Shown one piece after another: positions 35,343-47,977 of a stretch of 64,000 nt of DNA. The first letter of the stretch is position 1; each line of letters begins with the position of its first letter. A program made the translations under genes and the position numbers. The notes below the pieces were generated by a model. That model worked only from the letters and a program-made list of their open reading frames with translations, was not told the origin of the DNA and did no database searches. Origin of the DNA: Elsinoe ampelina (Eukaryota); assembly GCA_010093995.1 (NCBI GenBank), contig ML992507.1, positions 1,299,868 through 1,363,867 on the forward strand. The letters are read 5' to 3'.

Positions 35343-36431
35343 ATGCAGTCGGACGTCCGACACGACAAAGCCCTTGCCATGGGTGTATTCTTCTCACCAC
35401 CAGAGGCGCCAAAGCCCGAAAGTTTTACGAGCACGCAGTCGCCTCTCCGTCAGTCACACTCGAACGAGCAAAAGACCGACCAATCCACTAAGCTGCCCTC
35501 CATCAGATCCATCCTGCCACCCATCTCACCACCTGTATCGCCAGCAACTCAGCCTGTCAAAGAGCTAGGATTGGATCAGGTAGCAGACCATTCAATTAGC
35601 GATCCACCATTGTTTCCGGAACGACCACAATCAGATGCCGTCCAACCACTATTCCGACCAGATGCCATCGACCAGCACATCAGTGGGCTCGAGGCCCAAG
35701 GATACAAGGGACCACGGCCGACTAGAGAGGAATATGCACTGGTTACTGGTGTTGTCGGTAGAGTTGCGGATCGATACAATGCAAATCCTAGAGAGTACAT
35801 CAAGAAGGAATTGGCCTTCTTGAAGGCATATCCACCTCGGTGGCAGAACCAAGAAGAAACGAGAGGTGTGAAGAGAAAGGCGGAAATGGACACCAGGGCT
35901 GTGAAGCGATCCAGGCCTGCACCAAAGGCTGCCGTTGAGAAGTTGCCTCACGTCAAGCGGACTGCTCGTGTATCACCTAGAGATGCTCCAGTAGATTCGT
36001 TCGACGTCGAGCCAGCACCAAAGCATCGCCGTAAGGTGTCACGCACTACTCCGACACCGCGAGAGGATATGGATTACCGGAAGATTCCAGACTACTCACC
36101 ACCTGTCGACTCGATGTTGCCTGGAAAGAATCTCAAGATTGATTGGAAGGGCCACCCACTCGACCTCAGCGATGATCCAGACAGGTATCTCTTGGACGAG
36201 CACGAAATCACCCTCGCGTCGGTCCTCCGACTTACAGGTGCTCAATACCTCTTCGCGAAGCGCCGCATTTTCGAGAAATTCGTCGAGCTTGCGCGTACCG
36301 GAAAGGATCTCAACAAGACATCCGCTCAGGCCGTGTGCAAGATTGACGTCAACAAAGCCAGCAAGCTCTGGACCGCGTTCGAAAAGGTCGGCTGGTTCGA
36401 CAAGAAGCATATCGCTCAATATCTCAAGTGA
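35343..36431 (+). CDS. SWIRM-domain protein (Fun19-like)
   Basis: IDWKGHPLDLSDDPD, LASVLRL..QYL..KRRIF, AQAVCKIDVNKASKLWTAFEKVGWF. Start could instead be the ATG at 35,379. Confidence 0.88.
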   Translation: MQSDVRHDKALAMGVFFSPPEAPKPESFTSTQSPLRQSHSNEQKTDQSTKLPSIRSILPPISPPVSPATQPVKELGLDQVADHSISDPPLFPERPQSDAVQPLFRPDAIDQHISGLEAQGYKGPRPTREEYALVTGVVGRVADRYNANPREYIKKELAFLKAYPPRWQNQEETRGVKRKAEMDTRAVKRSRPAPKAAVEKLPHVKRTARVSPRDAPVDSFDVEPAPKHRRKVSRTTPTPREDMDYRKIPDYSPPVDSMLPGKNLKIDWKGHPLDLSDDPDRYLLDEHEITLASVLRLTGAQYLFAKRRIFEKFVELARTGKDLNKTSAQAVCKIDVNKASKLWTAFEKVGWFDKKHIAQYLK

Positions 36432-37074
36432 GGTGGTTGACGCCCGGAGTTTTCACTATTTGGATCAGACTGCATAGCTACACTGGGGATACGGCTGGGA
36501 TGAGTAATTCGATTATGACCACCTTTGATACCCGGGATATTGATGACTTACGCAATGGATTGTTATGGGATTACGGCGTTGGTTTGATAGTCAGGTACGA
36601 CTAGCTCAGTATCATGTATTTGTTGTCGGGCATATGGACTGGCATGGGATTTTCGGATACCGATCGGACACTCTACTCTTTGTTAGCATTCATATTACAG
36701 ACGATGCTCTAGTTCACTCTTTATTACCATGTAATGAACCACATTCGTGCTCTCTATGATTCGCATCCCACCTGTTCTATCCCGCGTACATGTGTGCAAT
36801 GGGTTCTGCCATCATTACTAGCACATTTGCATCCAGTAACACGCTCAGAATTGGTCTAAGTGGTTTGAATGTGACAATTCTAGGGTCTCACGAGGCACGT
36901 GTTGTGGCAGGTAGAAGAGGCCGAGTGTAAATTTAGATGCCAGCACTGCCAAGGATCGCGCGTTCCCCCGGACCCTGCGGCCAGGCAGAGCGTCCGAGCA
37001 CATTGACTACTGCTTCTTACCTCACTTGCTACCCACCTCCGACATCATATCAGCGACCTGGCTCAATCGCAATC

Positions 37075-38610
37075 ATGTCGCAGCCTCAAGTAGAGCATGA
37101 AGACTCGTGGCGTGATGGCGAGGACAACATCTCCGAACAGAAGGAGAAGACCAAGAGTCGAAGACCAGCAAGTACGGCTTCCGCAAGATCCGCTGCAGCA
37201 TATCAGCTTACCTGGTGATAGACACTGCCTTTCGACAGCAACGGTTAAAGGCCTGGCAGTTCGTGCAATCCATGCGAGGTTTAAGGACTTTGACTGACAC
37301 ACGCAAGGCCTATCCTCACGCCAAAGACCGTCCTCCCCCTCTTCTTCGCTGTCGGCGTAATATTTGCTCCCATTGGCGGATTGCTGCTATACGCGAGTGC
37401 GCAGGTGAGAGTCAAGAGATGCAGTCACAACCTGGCCACTATCTGACATGTTCGAAGGTGCAACAAATTCAAATCACATATCAAGACTGCACAAATAGCG
37501 ACGCGAATATTGGCGCACCCCTGTACCCCTCCTTCGCGCCTATCCCAACACAGCACTACAGCGTTTCCTTTAAGAATCAAACACCGAATGCAGAGCTGCC
37601 GCGCTGGTCAAGAAATGAGACGTCTACAATATTTGGGGGAGGAGCAGCAAACTACTCGAATGTCACCACTCCAGTTTGCATCCTACAATTCTACATTCCG
37701 GATGAGATTGGTCCGCCAGTCTTCTTCTACTACCAGATGACCAACTTCTACCAAAATCATCGACGATATGTTAAGAGCTTTGATCGCGATCAATTGTCTG
37801 GACAAGCCCGATCGAACGACTCGATTTCCGGCAGCGACTGTGACCCTCTCCGTGTCGATCCGGAAACGAACAAGACATACTACCCTTGCGGACTGATTGC
37901 CAATTCGCTCTTCAACGATACCTTCTCCTCGCCTGTTCAGCTCAACGTTGCGGGAGATAACGCGAACAACGTGACGTATGATATGACGAACAGAGGCATT
38001 GCATGGGGAAGCGACAAGGACATTTATGGAAAGACCGCATATACACCCGATCAGGTGGTCCCGCCAGTGAATTGGAGATACCGCTACCCGAGATACGACA
38101 ACGACCAATTCCCAATTCCAAACCTGTCAGAGTGGGAAGAGTTCCAGGTCTGGATGCGAACGGCTGGTCTGCCGACTTTCAGCAAGCTGGCAAGAAGAAA
38201 TGACACAACACCTATGAGTGTAGGCCGGTATGAGGTCAGGATCGACGATTGTATGTGCTATATGAGATTTGGGTGAAGTCTAGGCCCTAACAATAACCAC
38301 AGTTTTCCCTGTTACCATCTACGATGGCACAAAGTCGATTTTGATCAGCACAAGGACGGTCATGGGAGGCAAGAATCCTTTCCTTGGTATCGCTTATGTC
38401 GTCGTGGCTGGAGTGTGTGTCCTTCTTGGTGCATTGTTCTTGGCTACACACTTGATCAAGCCACGGTAAGCTTTTCCTTGAGACCATTATATTCTGCCAT
38501 CTGACATGTATAGCAAACTTGGCGATCACAGCTACCTCAGCTGGTCGAGCGAGCAACCCGCCAATGCCATCACAGCACCACGAATTGGCCGACGGAATGG
38601 TTCAAATTAG
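37075..38610 (+). CDS. Cdc50/Lem3 family P4-ATPase flippase beta subunit
   Basis: Spliced [90 protein letters not shown]. Five short introns. Confidence 0.93.
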
Positions 38611-39263
38611 CCACGATTAGACGACTTGTTTTCGAAGGATAAAATCCGGCGTTACTGGCAAACGATCCGCTTGATCCGGATGTGTATAAATGATTTACTG
38701 GTAGGCGTAGCGATACCTGGAGTTGGTTCTATTGCATAGTCCTTCCCGTCCATATCCAAATGCAACTTTTCTCTTTCACCTCTTCCCCGGACTTTCCCCT
38801 GGTCGAGATTCCAGGCCCATCCAAGGGCAACCCACAAGGTCTGTTTGTTCCTTTGTTTCCTACCGCATCGGATCTTCGCCCAACACAAGTTCACAAGCCG
38901 CCACAATTCGGCTACTACTGCTAGTGGTCTAGTCCTGGCCTGTCATTATGCCTAGATCTGGCCGACAAGCTGTCAAAGACGGCCCTGAGGCTCTGCGTCG
39001 CTACCATGACCATGGGTTCTTTGTGACATCGCTTGGGAGTCGCTGCAAACGTCGACTTCATAGTAGCCCTCACAACCTCTAAGAGGCCACCAAAGACGAG
39101 CAAAGGCTTTCGCCACACCGTTCGTCCACAGCCATGCAACCTTTTAAATACGGTGGTCCCTGCGAGTCTGCACCATCATCGATCGATCTTCGTGTCGACC
39201 ACTCGATCGAGACAAGCAGGTAGCTACGATCTCAAGTCAGCCCATACCTCAGCAGACTCCATC

Positions 39264-40169
39264 ATGTACAGCATCCTCTCCATCCTCGCCCTTGCGGCTC
39301 TGACTGCTGCCCGCATCATACCCGGCACCAACACCACCGCCTTCGACTGCGGCGTGGGTGTCGAATCCGCCGACCCCAACTTCCTCGCCACCATCTCCAA
39401 ACTCGACGCCAACAACGAAACCCTCACCTCCTCAGCACGCACCTTCTCCCAGATCTCCCGCCTCTTCACCCGCCAAACCAAAGCCATCCAAATCCCAACC
39501 TACTTCCACATCCTCACCAAAACCTCCAACGCCGCCAGCGTCACCCCGAAAATGATCTCAGACCAACTCACCGCCCTCAACGCCGCCTACTCCCCCCACA
39601 GCATCACCTTCAACCTCATCAACACCTCCATCACCGCCAACGACGCCTGGGCCGTCGCCGCCGGACCCGACATGGACACGATGAAAGCCTCCCTCCGCCG
39701 CGGCACCTACAACGCCCTAAACCTATACTTCCACAGCGACCTCTCCGGCTCCATCCTCGGCACCTGCACGCTCCCCTCCAACATCGGGCCTGGCGTGCCC
39801 CCCCGCAACGTCTACGCCGCCGACGGCTGCAACATCGCGGCGCAAACCATGCCGGGCGGGACGATCCGGGGGTACAACAGCGGCAAAACCGCGGTCCACG
39901 AAGTCGGACACTGGCTGGGGTTGCTGCATGTTTTCGAGGGGTATAGCTGCTCCGGCAGCGGGGATTTCATCAGCGATACGCCCATGCAGAGCACGAGCAC
40001 GGATGGGTGTCCCGCGAAGCCGGCCAAGGATAGTTGTCCTGATCAGAAGGGGGTGGATGCTGTGCATAATTACATGGATTATAGTACGGATGCTTGCTAT
40101 GAGAGGTTTACGACGGGGCAGATGCAGAGGGTGAGGAGTTTGTGGGGGAAGTTTAGGATGGGGAGGTAG
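39264..40169 (+). CDS. Secreted M43 (pappalysin-family) zinc metalloprotease
   Basis: Signal peptide, HEVGHWLGLLH zinc motif, Met-turn HNYMDYS, FTTGQ. Confidence 0.93.
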   Translation: MYSILSILALAALTAARIIPGTNTTAFDCGVGVESADPNFLATISKLDANNETLTSSARTFSQISRLFTRQTKAIQIPTYFHILTKTSNAASVTPKMISDQLTALNAAYSPHSITFNLINTSITANDAWAVAAGPDMDTMKASLRRGTYNALNLYFHSDLSGSILGTCTLPSNIGPGVPPRNVYAADGCNIAAQTMPGGTIRGYNSGKTAVHEVGHWLGLLHVFEGYSCSGSGDFISDTPMQSTSTDGCPAKPAKDSCPDQKGVDAVHNYMDYSTDACYERFTTGQMQRVRSLWGKFRMGR

Positions 40170-40641
40170 ATTCTTTGTATCTAGACAGGAATTTTTGGAG
40201 AGGTGAATGGATTTGTTACGGTTGAGGATTGATGGGGTTGAGGAGTGGAATGTGATCTGTGTTAGGGTCTGGACTCTTTGTTCTGGGCTTTCGAAGCTAG
40301 TGACCCTGGTAGTGTTCGGCTTGCATTCCTTCTGTTTGACAGGGTGAACCATGCAAGGGGCCCAAGGTTCTGCGATCTCTCAACGCATCCTGGTAGTACC
40401 AAACGTGCCAAGTACTCCAATGATCGGGCGCAGAACCGCATACACGATCGTCATTCTTGCAGGCTGACCGCCGATATAGCATCTGGGAAGTGGTATCTCC
40501 ATGCAGGAGAGCGATATGTCTGCCTCGCTGAAGCTGTAAGCCTGACTGACACGATCTGTATCCTGCACAGCCAGGTCGCCATCTCCAGCAATCCCGTCAG
40601 CAAACCTAATGGCCTAGGCGCTATTCCCAATGAGAGGAAAC

Positions 40642-41100
40642 CGTATCTCTTGTTAGGAAATGCGTATCTTAAAGGGGAGCTGAATGTATCTCTCATGTGA
40701 AGACAGCACATCTGCTAGATGAAAATTTGAAATCTCACATCTGAAATTGCCCTCTCTCTCATGTGAAATGGCCATAACCGTCGTAGGGAAAAAACCCATC
40801 TCTTATATGAAAAATTTGTATCCCTTACATGAAAGACTCGTATGCCTTGTGTGAAGATACTGTATCTCGATGTGGAAAAGGGCGTATCTCGATGTAGAAT
40901 TGCCGTATCCCTCATGTGAAGAAATTGTATCTCTCCTGTGAAAATTTCGAATCCCTCACATGAAAACACGTATTCCTTGTGTAAGAATATCGTATCTCAA
41001 TGTGGAAATGGACATATCTCGACGTAGAAAAGCCGCATCTCTAGTGCGAGGACACTGTAACTCTCAAGTGAAAATACTGTATCTCTTATGTGAAGAAACT
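40642..41100. repeat. Degenerate 21-22 bp tandem array (~21 units; consensus ~YGTATCTCTCATGTGAARANNN)
   Basis: Units include tgtatctctcatgtgaagacag, cgtatccctcatgtgaagaaat, tgtatctctcctgtgaaaattt, tgtatctcttatgtgaagaaac, cgtatctcgatgtagaattgc. Confidence 0.85.
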
Positions 41101-41453
41101 ATAAAGGATCTGTTCCCCTTAAGAATTTGTGCCTTTCCGTTGAGGATATGTGCAAAGCCGAGTTCCTATCTGCTCAAAGTCACGTCACATGGGTCCGTAC
41201 TCAAATTGTACACAAATGCATTCATAATCTAGCTGGTAAAGCACTGCAAGCATGAAACGTCATAATCTAACATCCCCCCGTTTTTGTGAAAAGCGATTGT
41301 AAATGCGACAAGCGAACAAAAAAGCTCAAGAGGTATCATGCACCCCGATCAAGTCCGCCCACTGATAGTGCCAGAACAGCCCATACTACCAGCAACTTAT
41401 GTCCATATCACCACCCTGTCCACCCCTGTCTCTGCTCTGGTAGGATGTCCCCT

Positions 41454-44400
41454 CTACGCAGCAGCAGTGATCAGCTCCTTTGGCGCACCGTTCTGCTTCT
41501 GGAGCAGCTCGTAAGGCGGCCTCTTGACAATGCCTCCGGTCACTGGTAGTTGAGATCCAATGCCAGTGAGGTAGCTATCCACCTCGCGAGCCGACATGCG
41601 ACCCTCATTGATGCCCCAAACGATAAGCGACTGGCCACGCCTGCAGTCACCAGCCGCAAACACACCCGGTAGGTTAGTGCTGTACTTGCCCGGCGGCGTC
41701 TTGATGTTCTTGCGCGCGTCCTTCTCGATCTGGCCACCCATGACCTTGTCATCCGGACCCAAGAAGCCCATGGAAAGCAGCACGAGATCAGCGGGGAAGA
41801 ACTGCTCGCTGCCCTCGACGTTCTTCATTGCCCATCCGCCAGAGGAGTTCTTGGTCCACTCCACGCGCACCGTGTTGATGCCCTTGACCTTGCCTGAGCC
41901 GTCGTCCACAAAGTTCTGCGACATGACGCAGTACTCGCGCGGGTCGGCGCCCATGTGTTGCTTGACTTCGGAGTGGCCGTAGTCGATGCGGTAGACGCGG
42001 GGCCATTGCGGCCAGGGGTTATCGGCGGCGCGCTGGGCGGGAGGTTGCGGCAGGAGCTCGAAGTTGGTGATGCTCTTGGCGCCGTGACGGAGGGAGGTGC
42101 CGATGCAGTCGTTGCCGGTGTCGCCGCCGCCGATGACGACGACGTGCTTGTCTTTGGCGGAGATGTAGGCTTCGTCGGCGAGCTTGCTGTCGAGGAGCGA
42201 CTTGGTGTTCTTGTGGAGGAACTCCATGGCGAAGTGGATGCCCTCGAGGCTCCTGTTGGGGATGGGTAGGTCGCGGGCGACGGTGGCGCCGGTGGCGATG
42301 ACTACGGCGTCGTTCTCGCCGCCGAGAGACTCGAGGGTGATGTCGCCGTCACCGACTGCGACGTTGGTCTGGAACTCGATTCCTTCGGCAGCCATGAAGT
42401 CAACACGGCGTTGCACCACGTTCTTGTCGAGCTTCATGTTGGGGATACCGTACATGAGCAGGCCTCCAATGCGGTCGGCGCGCTCGTAGACAGTGACTTT
42501 GTGACCAGCCTTGTTGAGCTGATCAGCGCAGGCCAGACCAGCAGGGCCAGAACCGATGACCGCTACGGTCTTACCAGAGCGGTAAGCTGGCGGCGAAGGC
42601 ACCATCCAGCCCATCTCGAAGCCACGATCGATGATAGCACACTCGATCGATTTGATACCCACTGGGTCCTCGTTGATGCCGAGAACGCATGCGCCCTCGC
42701 AGGGAGCTGGGCAGACACGACCAGTGAACTCTGGGAAGTTGTTGGTCATGAGCAGACGGTTAAGAGCGTCCCGCCACTGGTTCTGGAAGACCAACTCGTT
42801 CCACTTGGGAATGATGTTCGAGATCGGGCAACCCGTATCGGATTGGCAGAAGGGAACACCGCAGTCCATGCACCTAGCGCTTTGGTACTTGAGCTCATCC
42901 TCGGTCAAACGCGACGAGAGCTCAGCCCAGTCCCTAGTGCGTGTCTTGGGGTTTCTGTACTTCTCGGAACGACGCTGGTACTTCATGAAACCGCGAGTCT
43001 TGTCGAGAACCAGAGCCGAGCGCTTCTCCTCACGCTTGCCGTCAGTGACGCTCTCCTCGATATCAAGTAGGTCGGTCTTCTTCTTCTCCTTGGTCTCATG
43101 CTCGTGTTCCTTTTTCTTAGAGTCCTCGTGGAGGCTGCGGACAGCATTGCCTGGTAGGATTGGCAGAGGGTACTGTGACTTCTTCGCTGCTGCGGCCTTC
43201 GCGGCTTCCTCGGCCATGACACGCTTGTAGTCAACTGGGAGGACCTTAACGAAGCGGGGAAGGGCGCGGCTGAAGTCCAGAAGTACACGGGCTGCAAGCT
43301 CGGACCCGGTGTAGTGGTGGTGGTCCTCGATCATGCCTCTGAGGAAGGCAATCTCTTGTGGGTCCTCGAGGGAGGACAGCTCGACCATCTCCTGGTTGAC
43401 CTTGCCCTCGAAGTCGCGCTGCATGTCCAGAACGTAAGCGATACCGCCAGACATACCAGCGGCAAAGTTACGTCCAGTGGCGCCCAGAATGACTACACGA
43501 CCGCCAGTCATGTACTCGCAGCCATGGTCACCGACACCTTCAACAACGGCAGTGACACCGGAGTTACGGACGGCGAAACGCTCAGCGGCAACACCGCGGA
43601 AGAAGGCCTGACCAGAGGTGGCTCCGTACAAGCATACGTTGCCAACAAGGACGTTCTCTTCAGCCTTGTAGACCGCAGCCCTGGGTGGGTAGACGATCAA
43701 ACGACCGCCAGACAAGCCCTTGCCCACGTAATCGTTTGCATCACCCTCGAGCTCGAGAGTAATACCTGGAGCAAGGAAGGCACCGAAAGACTGGCCAGCA
43801 GATCCACGAATGTTGGCATGGATCGTGTCTTGAGGGAGACCAGACTCACCAAAGCGCTTGCTGACGTGGTAGGAGAGCGTAGCACCAAGGGCACGGTCGG
43901 TGTTGACAACGTCGCACTCAATGCGGCATGGGAGACCCTTCTCAAGGGCGAGCTCGGATTCGCTGATGAGCTTGTTGTCGAGGCGTACGTGCAACTTGTG
44001 GTCTTGCTTGCGGACGTTGTAGGTAGCAACACCTGGTCGGAGACCGTGTGCAGGTGTGAGGATGAGTGAAAGGTCGATGTTCTCGGTCTTCGCGTTGCGG
44101 AGATCTTCGCGGACACGGAGGACCTCGGTACGCCCAACCATTTCGTTGATGGTACGGAAACCAAGTTTGGCCATGATGGCGCGTAGCTCGTTGGAGATGT
44201 AGTAGAAGAAGTTGATTACATGCTCTGGTGTGCCCTGGAACTTCTTGCGTAGCTCCGGGTCTTGGGTGGCGATACCGACCGGACAAGTACTGCAACATGT
44301 CAGCAACATATTCTATCAGTTTGGAACGTTCTATAATCACTTCAAGTGGCACTTTCGCATCATAATACAGCCCATAGCGATCAGAGGCGTTGTAGCGAAC

Positions 44401-47400
44401 CCCCACTCTTCTGCGCCTAGTAAACAGGCGATTGCCACGTCCCTACCAGTCCTGATTTGACCATCAGTCTGGACGATGACACGACCGCGCAGATCGTTCA
44501 GCACCAGCGTCTGGTGAGTCTCTGCAAGGCCAAGTTCCCAAGGAAGACCAGCGTACTTGATGCCAGTCCATCGTGAAGCACCAGTACCACCATCGTGGCC
44601 CGAGATCAAGATGTGGTCAGCCTTGGCTTTCGCCACACCGGAAGCGACGATACCGACACCAGTCTCGGAGACCAGCTTGACGGAGACACGCGAGCGTGGG
44701 TTGGAGCACTTCAAGTCGTAGATAAGTTGCTTCAAGTCCTCGATAGAGTAGATGTCGTGGTGAGGAGGTGGGGAGATGAGACCCACACCTGGCGTAGAGT
44801 GACGAGTCCTGGCGATAGGACCAGAGACCTTGTGACCTGGCAGCTCACCTCCCTCGCCAGGCTTAGCGCCCTGAGCCATCTTGATCTGAAGCTCGTCGGC
44901 GTCTGCGAGGTAGTTCGAAGTGACACCGAATCGGCCGGAGGCGATCTGCTTGATGGCGGAACGCATCGAATCGCCGTTCTCCATGCGCAAGCTGCGCTCT
45001 GGGTCCTCACCACCCTCGCCAGTGTTCGATTTGCCACCGAGGCGGTTCATCGCCACTGCGAGAGTTGAGTGAGACTCCATAGAGATCGATCCGTAAGACA
45101 TGGCGCCAGTGACGAAGCGACGCACAATCTCAGTCCATGGCTCAACCTGGTCGATTGGCACAGGGTTGCGCTGCTCAAAGTCGAAATCGAGCATACCACG
45201 GAGAGTGCAGTTCTTGATCTGCTCGTACTCGGATCTCGAGTAAGCCTCGTAAGACTTGTCGTTCTTGGTGCGAACAGCATCCTGGATGTTTGCGATCGAG
45301 GTCGGGTCGTTGATATGAGGCTCGCCACCATCACGCCAGTGGTACTCGCCAGTCTCGGCAAGACCTGGGATTTCGAGGATGTTGCGCGATGGGAATCCCT
45401 TCTCGTGGAGGGCGAACGCGTCCTGGGCGATGAGCTCAAAGGTCATACCCTTGATGCGAGTAGCAGTGCCCGTGAAACACCTGTCCACGACAGAGTCGTC
45501 AACACCAAGAGCCTCGAAAATCTGAGCACCCTTGTAACTCTGAAGAGTCGAGATACCCATCTTTGACATGACCTTCAGAATACCACCGTCGCAAGAGTGC
45601 TTGTAGTTGTCGATAAGCTGCTCGGGGGAGAGCTTCTTGCGAATAAGACCCTCACGATGCATCTTCAAGATACACTCGATTGCGAGATATGGGGCGATGG
45701 CATCGGCGCCGTAGCCGACCAAGACGCACATGTGGTGCACCTCACGGGCCTCGGCAGTCTCGACGAACAGAGCGACCTGTGATCGCCACTTGTTGCGCAC
45801 CAAGTGGTGGTGTACCATACCCGTGCAGAGAAGGGCAGATACGGCCACGCGTTCGGCAGATGTGTTGCGGTCGGAGAGGACCAGGATCTTGTCGCCGTTC
45901 TCAACTGCATCAGATGCGGCGTCGCAGATCTTGTCAAGCGCATCCATGTAGCCTTGAATGCCCTCGGACTTGGCGAAGGTGATGTCGATAGTTGCGACCT
46001 TCCAGCTAGGGTAGATCTTGTTCATTTTTGTGACTGCGTTGAACTCCTCGACGGACAGGATTGGTGACGGGAGATACAGTCTGTGGCATTGCTCCTTGCT
46101 CAACTCGAGAAGGTTACCCTGGGGACCGACGTACGCTCCGAGCGACATGACGATGCTCTCTCTGATGGGATCGATAGGTGGGTTGGTAACCTGAGCGAAG
46201 AGCTGGCGGAAGTATTCATAGAGCAATCGTGGTTGCTGAGCAAGACAAGCAAGCGGCGCATCGTTACCCATGGAACCCAGAGCCTCCTTGGAGTCGGCAG
46301 CCATGGGACCAAGGAGCAGACTGACCTGCTCGAGGGAGTAACCAAAAGCCTTGAGTCGGGGGTCCTCTTGGACTCTCGTCTCAGTCAACGCCAGCGAAAG
46401 ATCGTTGCCCTTCTCAGCAAGCGTCTTGTGAACCTTGGGCAGAGTGATCAATTGACTCTCTACCCACGACCTGAAGTCGACTCGCTGTGAAACCTTTGCC
46501 TTGAGCTCGGCATCGTCAACGATTCTGCCAGCGACAGTGTCGACGAGCAACATGCGTCCGGGCTGAAGACGGCCCTTCTGCACAACGCGTTCAGGCTCGA
46601 TGGCGATAGTTCCGACTTCAGACGCGCAGACAATCCTGTCATCGTCGGTGATGTAGTATCTGCAGGGACGGAGACCGTTTCGGTCCAAATTGGCACCGCA
46701 GTATCGTCCATCGGCGAATGTGAAGAGTGCTGGTCCGTCCCAGGGCTCCATCATGCAGGCAGCCCACTCGTAAAATGCCTGCTTTTGTGGGTCCATGGAG
46801 GAGTTGCCCTCCCACGCTTCTGGGACCATGAGCATGACAGCCTCGGGAAGAGACAGTACGCCGTTGATGACCAAGAGCTCGAGACAGTTGTCAAAGGCCG
46901 CGGAGTCAGAGCCACCGTCCTCGATGATGGGGTAGAGCAAATCAAGCTCGTCACCGAAGAGGTCAGACTTCATGACACCCTCTCTTGCACGCATCCAATT
47001 CTTGTTTCCTCGAAGCGTGTTGATTTCTCCGTTGTGTGCAGCCCATCGGAGTGGCTGGGCTCGGTCCCACGATGGGAACGTGTTTGTGGAGAATCGAGAG
47101 TGGACCAGGGCGAAGTGACCTTCGTAATCGACATTAACCAGATCGTGATAGTACTCATAAACCTGGACAGGCGAAAGCTGTCCCTTATAGACAATGTTCT
47201 TGTTGCTGAGTGAACAGAGGTAGAACCAGTTGTGAAGACCAATAACGTGAGTTGCGCGCTTCCTGAGCACGTAGAGCTGACGCTCGAAGTAGCCCTCGTC
47301 GTACTCGGTCTCGAAAGATGACTTTGGCTCTTTGCCGTCACCGTACGCAGACTTGAGTACTACGAAGGGTTGAAGAATAATAGGCTCGCGAGATGCAGCA

Positions 47401-47977
47401 GCAGGTCCGAGGAGTGTCGAGTCCCTCGGTACCTCACGCCACCCAAGTATCCGCAGGTCGAGTCCGTCTGCCACCTCTTCGAATGTGTCGATAGTCTCCT
47501 TGAGGACCTCGGTGTCTGGCTTGAAGAAGACGTTACCAGCAGCGTACTGACCCTGGGCTGGGAGCTTGAATCCTTGCTCGCGCTCAAAATTCTTGACGAA
47601 GAATTTGTGCGGGATAGAGGTCATGACGCCTGCGCCATCACCGTCTCGGGCATCGGATCCGACAGCACCACGATGGGTCATGTTGCAGAGCAGGCTTCGC
47701 GCCTGGCTGACAATCTTGTGGCTCGCCACGCCCTTGATGTGGCTAGAACGCGTTAGATTGAAGCTGTGAATCGTAGATAGGGATCGTCTTACGCAGCAAA
47801 GCCCACACCGCAGGCATCTTTCTCGTTCTCCGGGTCATAGAGACCCTGCTTCATGGGCAGGGCTCCGGCCCACGACTTGTTCTCCGGCACATTCTGATAG
47901 TCGTAGATGTTCACAGGTTCATCTTCGACGACCTGGGCGGCTTCTTTGGTATCTTCTGTGAATCTCACCCGACCCAT
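41454..47977 (-). CDS. GLT1: NADH-dependent glutamate synthase (GOGAT)
   Basis: DACGVGF amidotransferase start, [30 protein letters not shown] across intron 44,290-44,340, [19 protein letters not shown]. First intron 47,743-47,792. Confidence 0.98.

Noticed and set aside
40642..41100. CRISPR-like interpretation of the array
   Set aside because: Units are contiguous and degenerate with no unique spacers, there are no cas genes, and the context is eukaryotic.
41540..47769. Many long antisense or alternative-frame ORFs over GLT1 (also over Hsp70 and the helicase)
   Set aside because: Shadow ORFs caused by strong codon bias in conserved genes.
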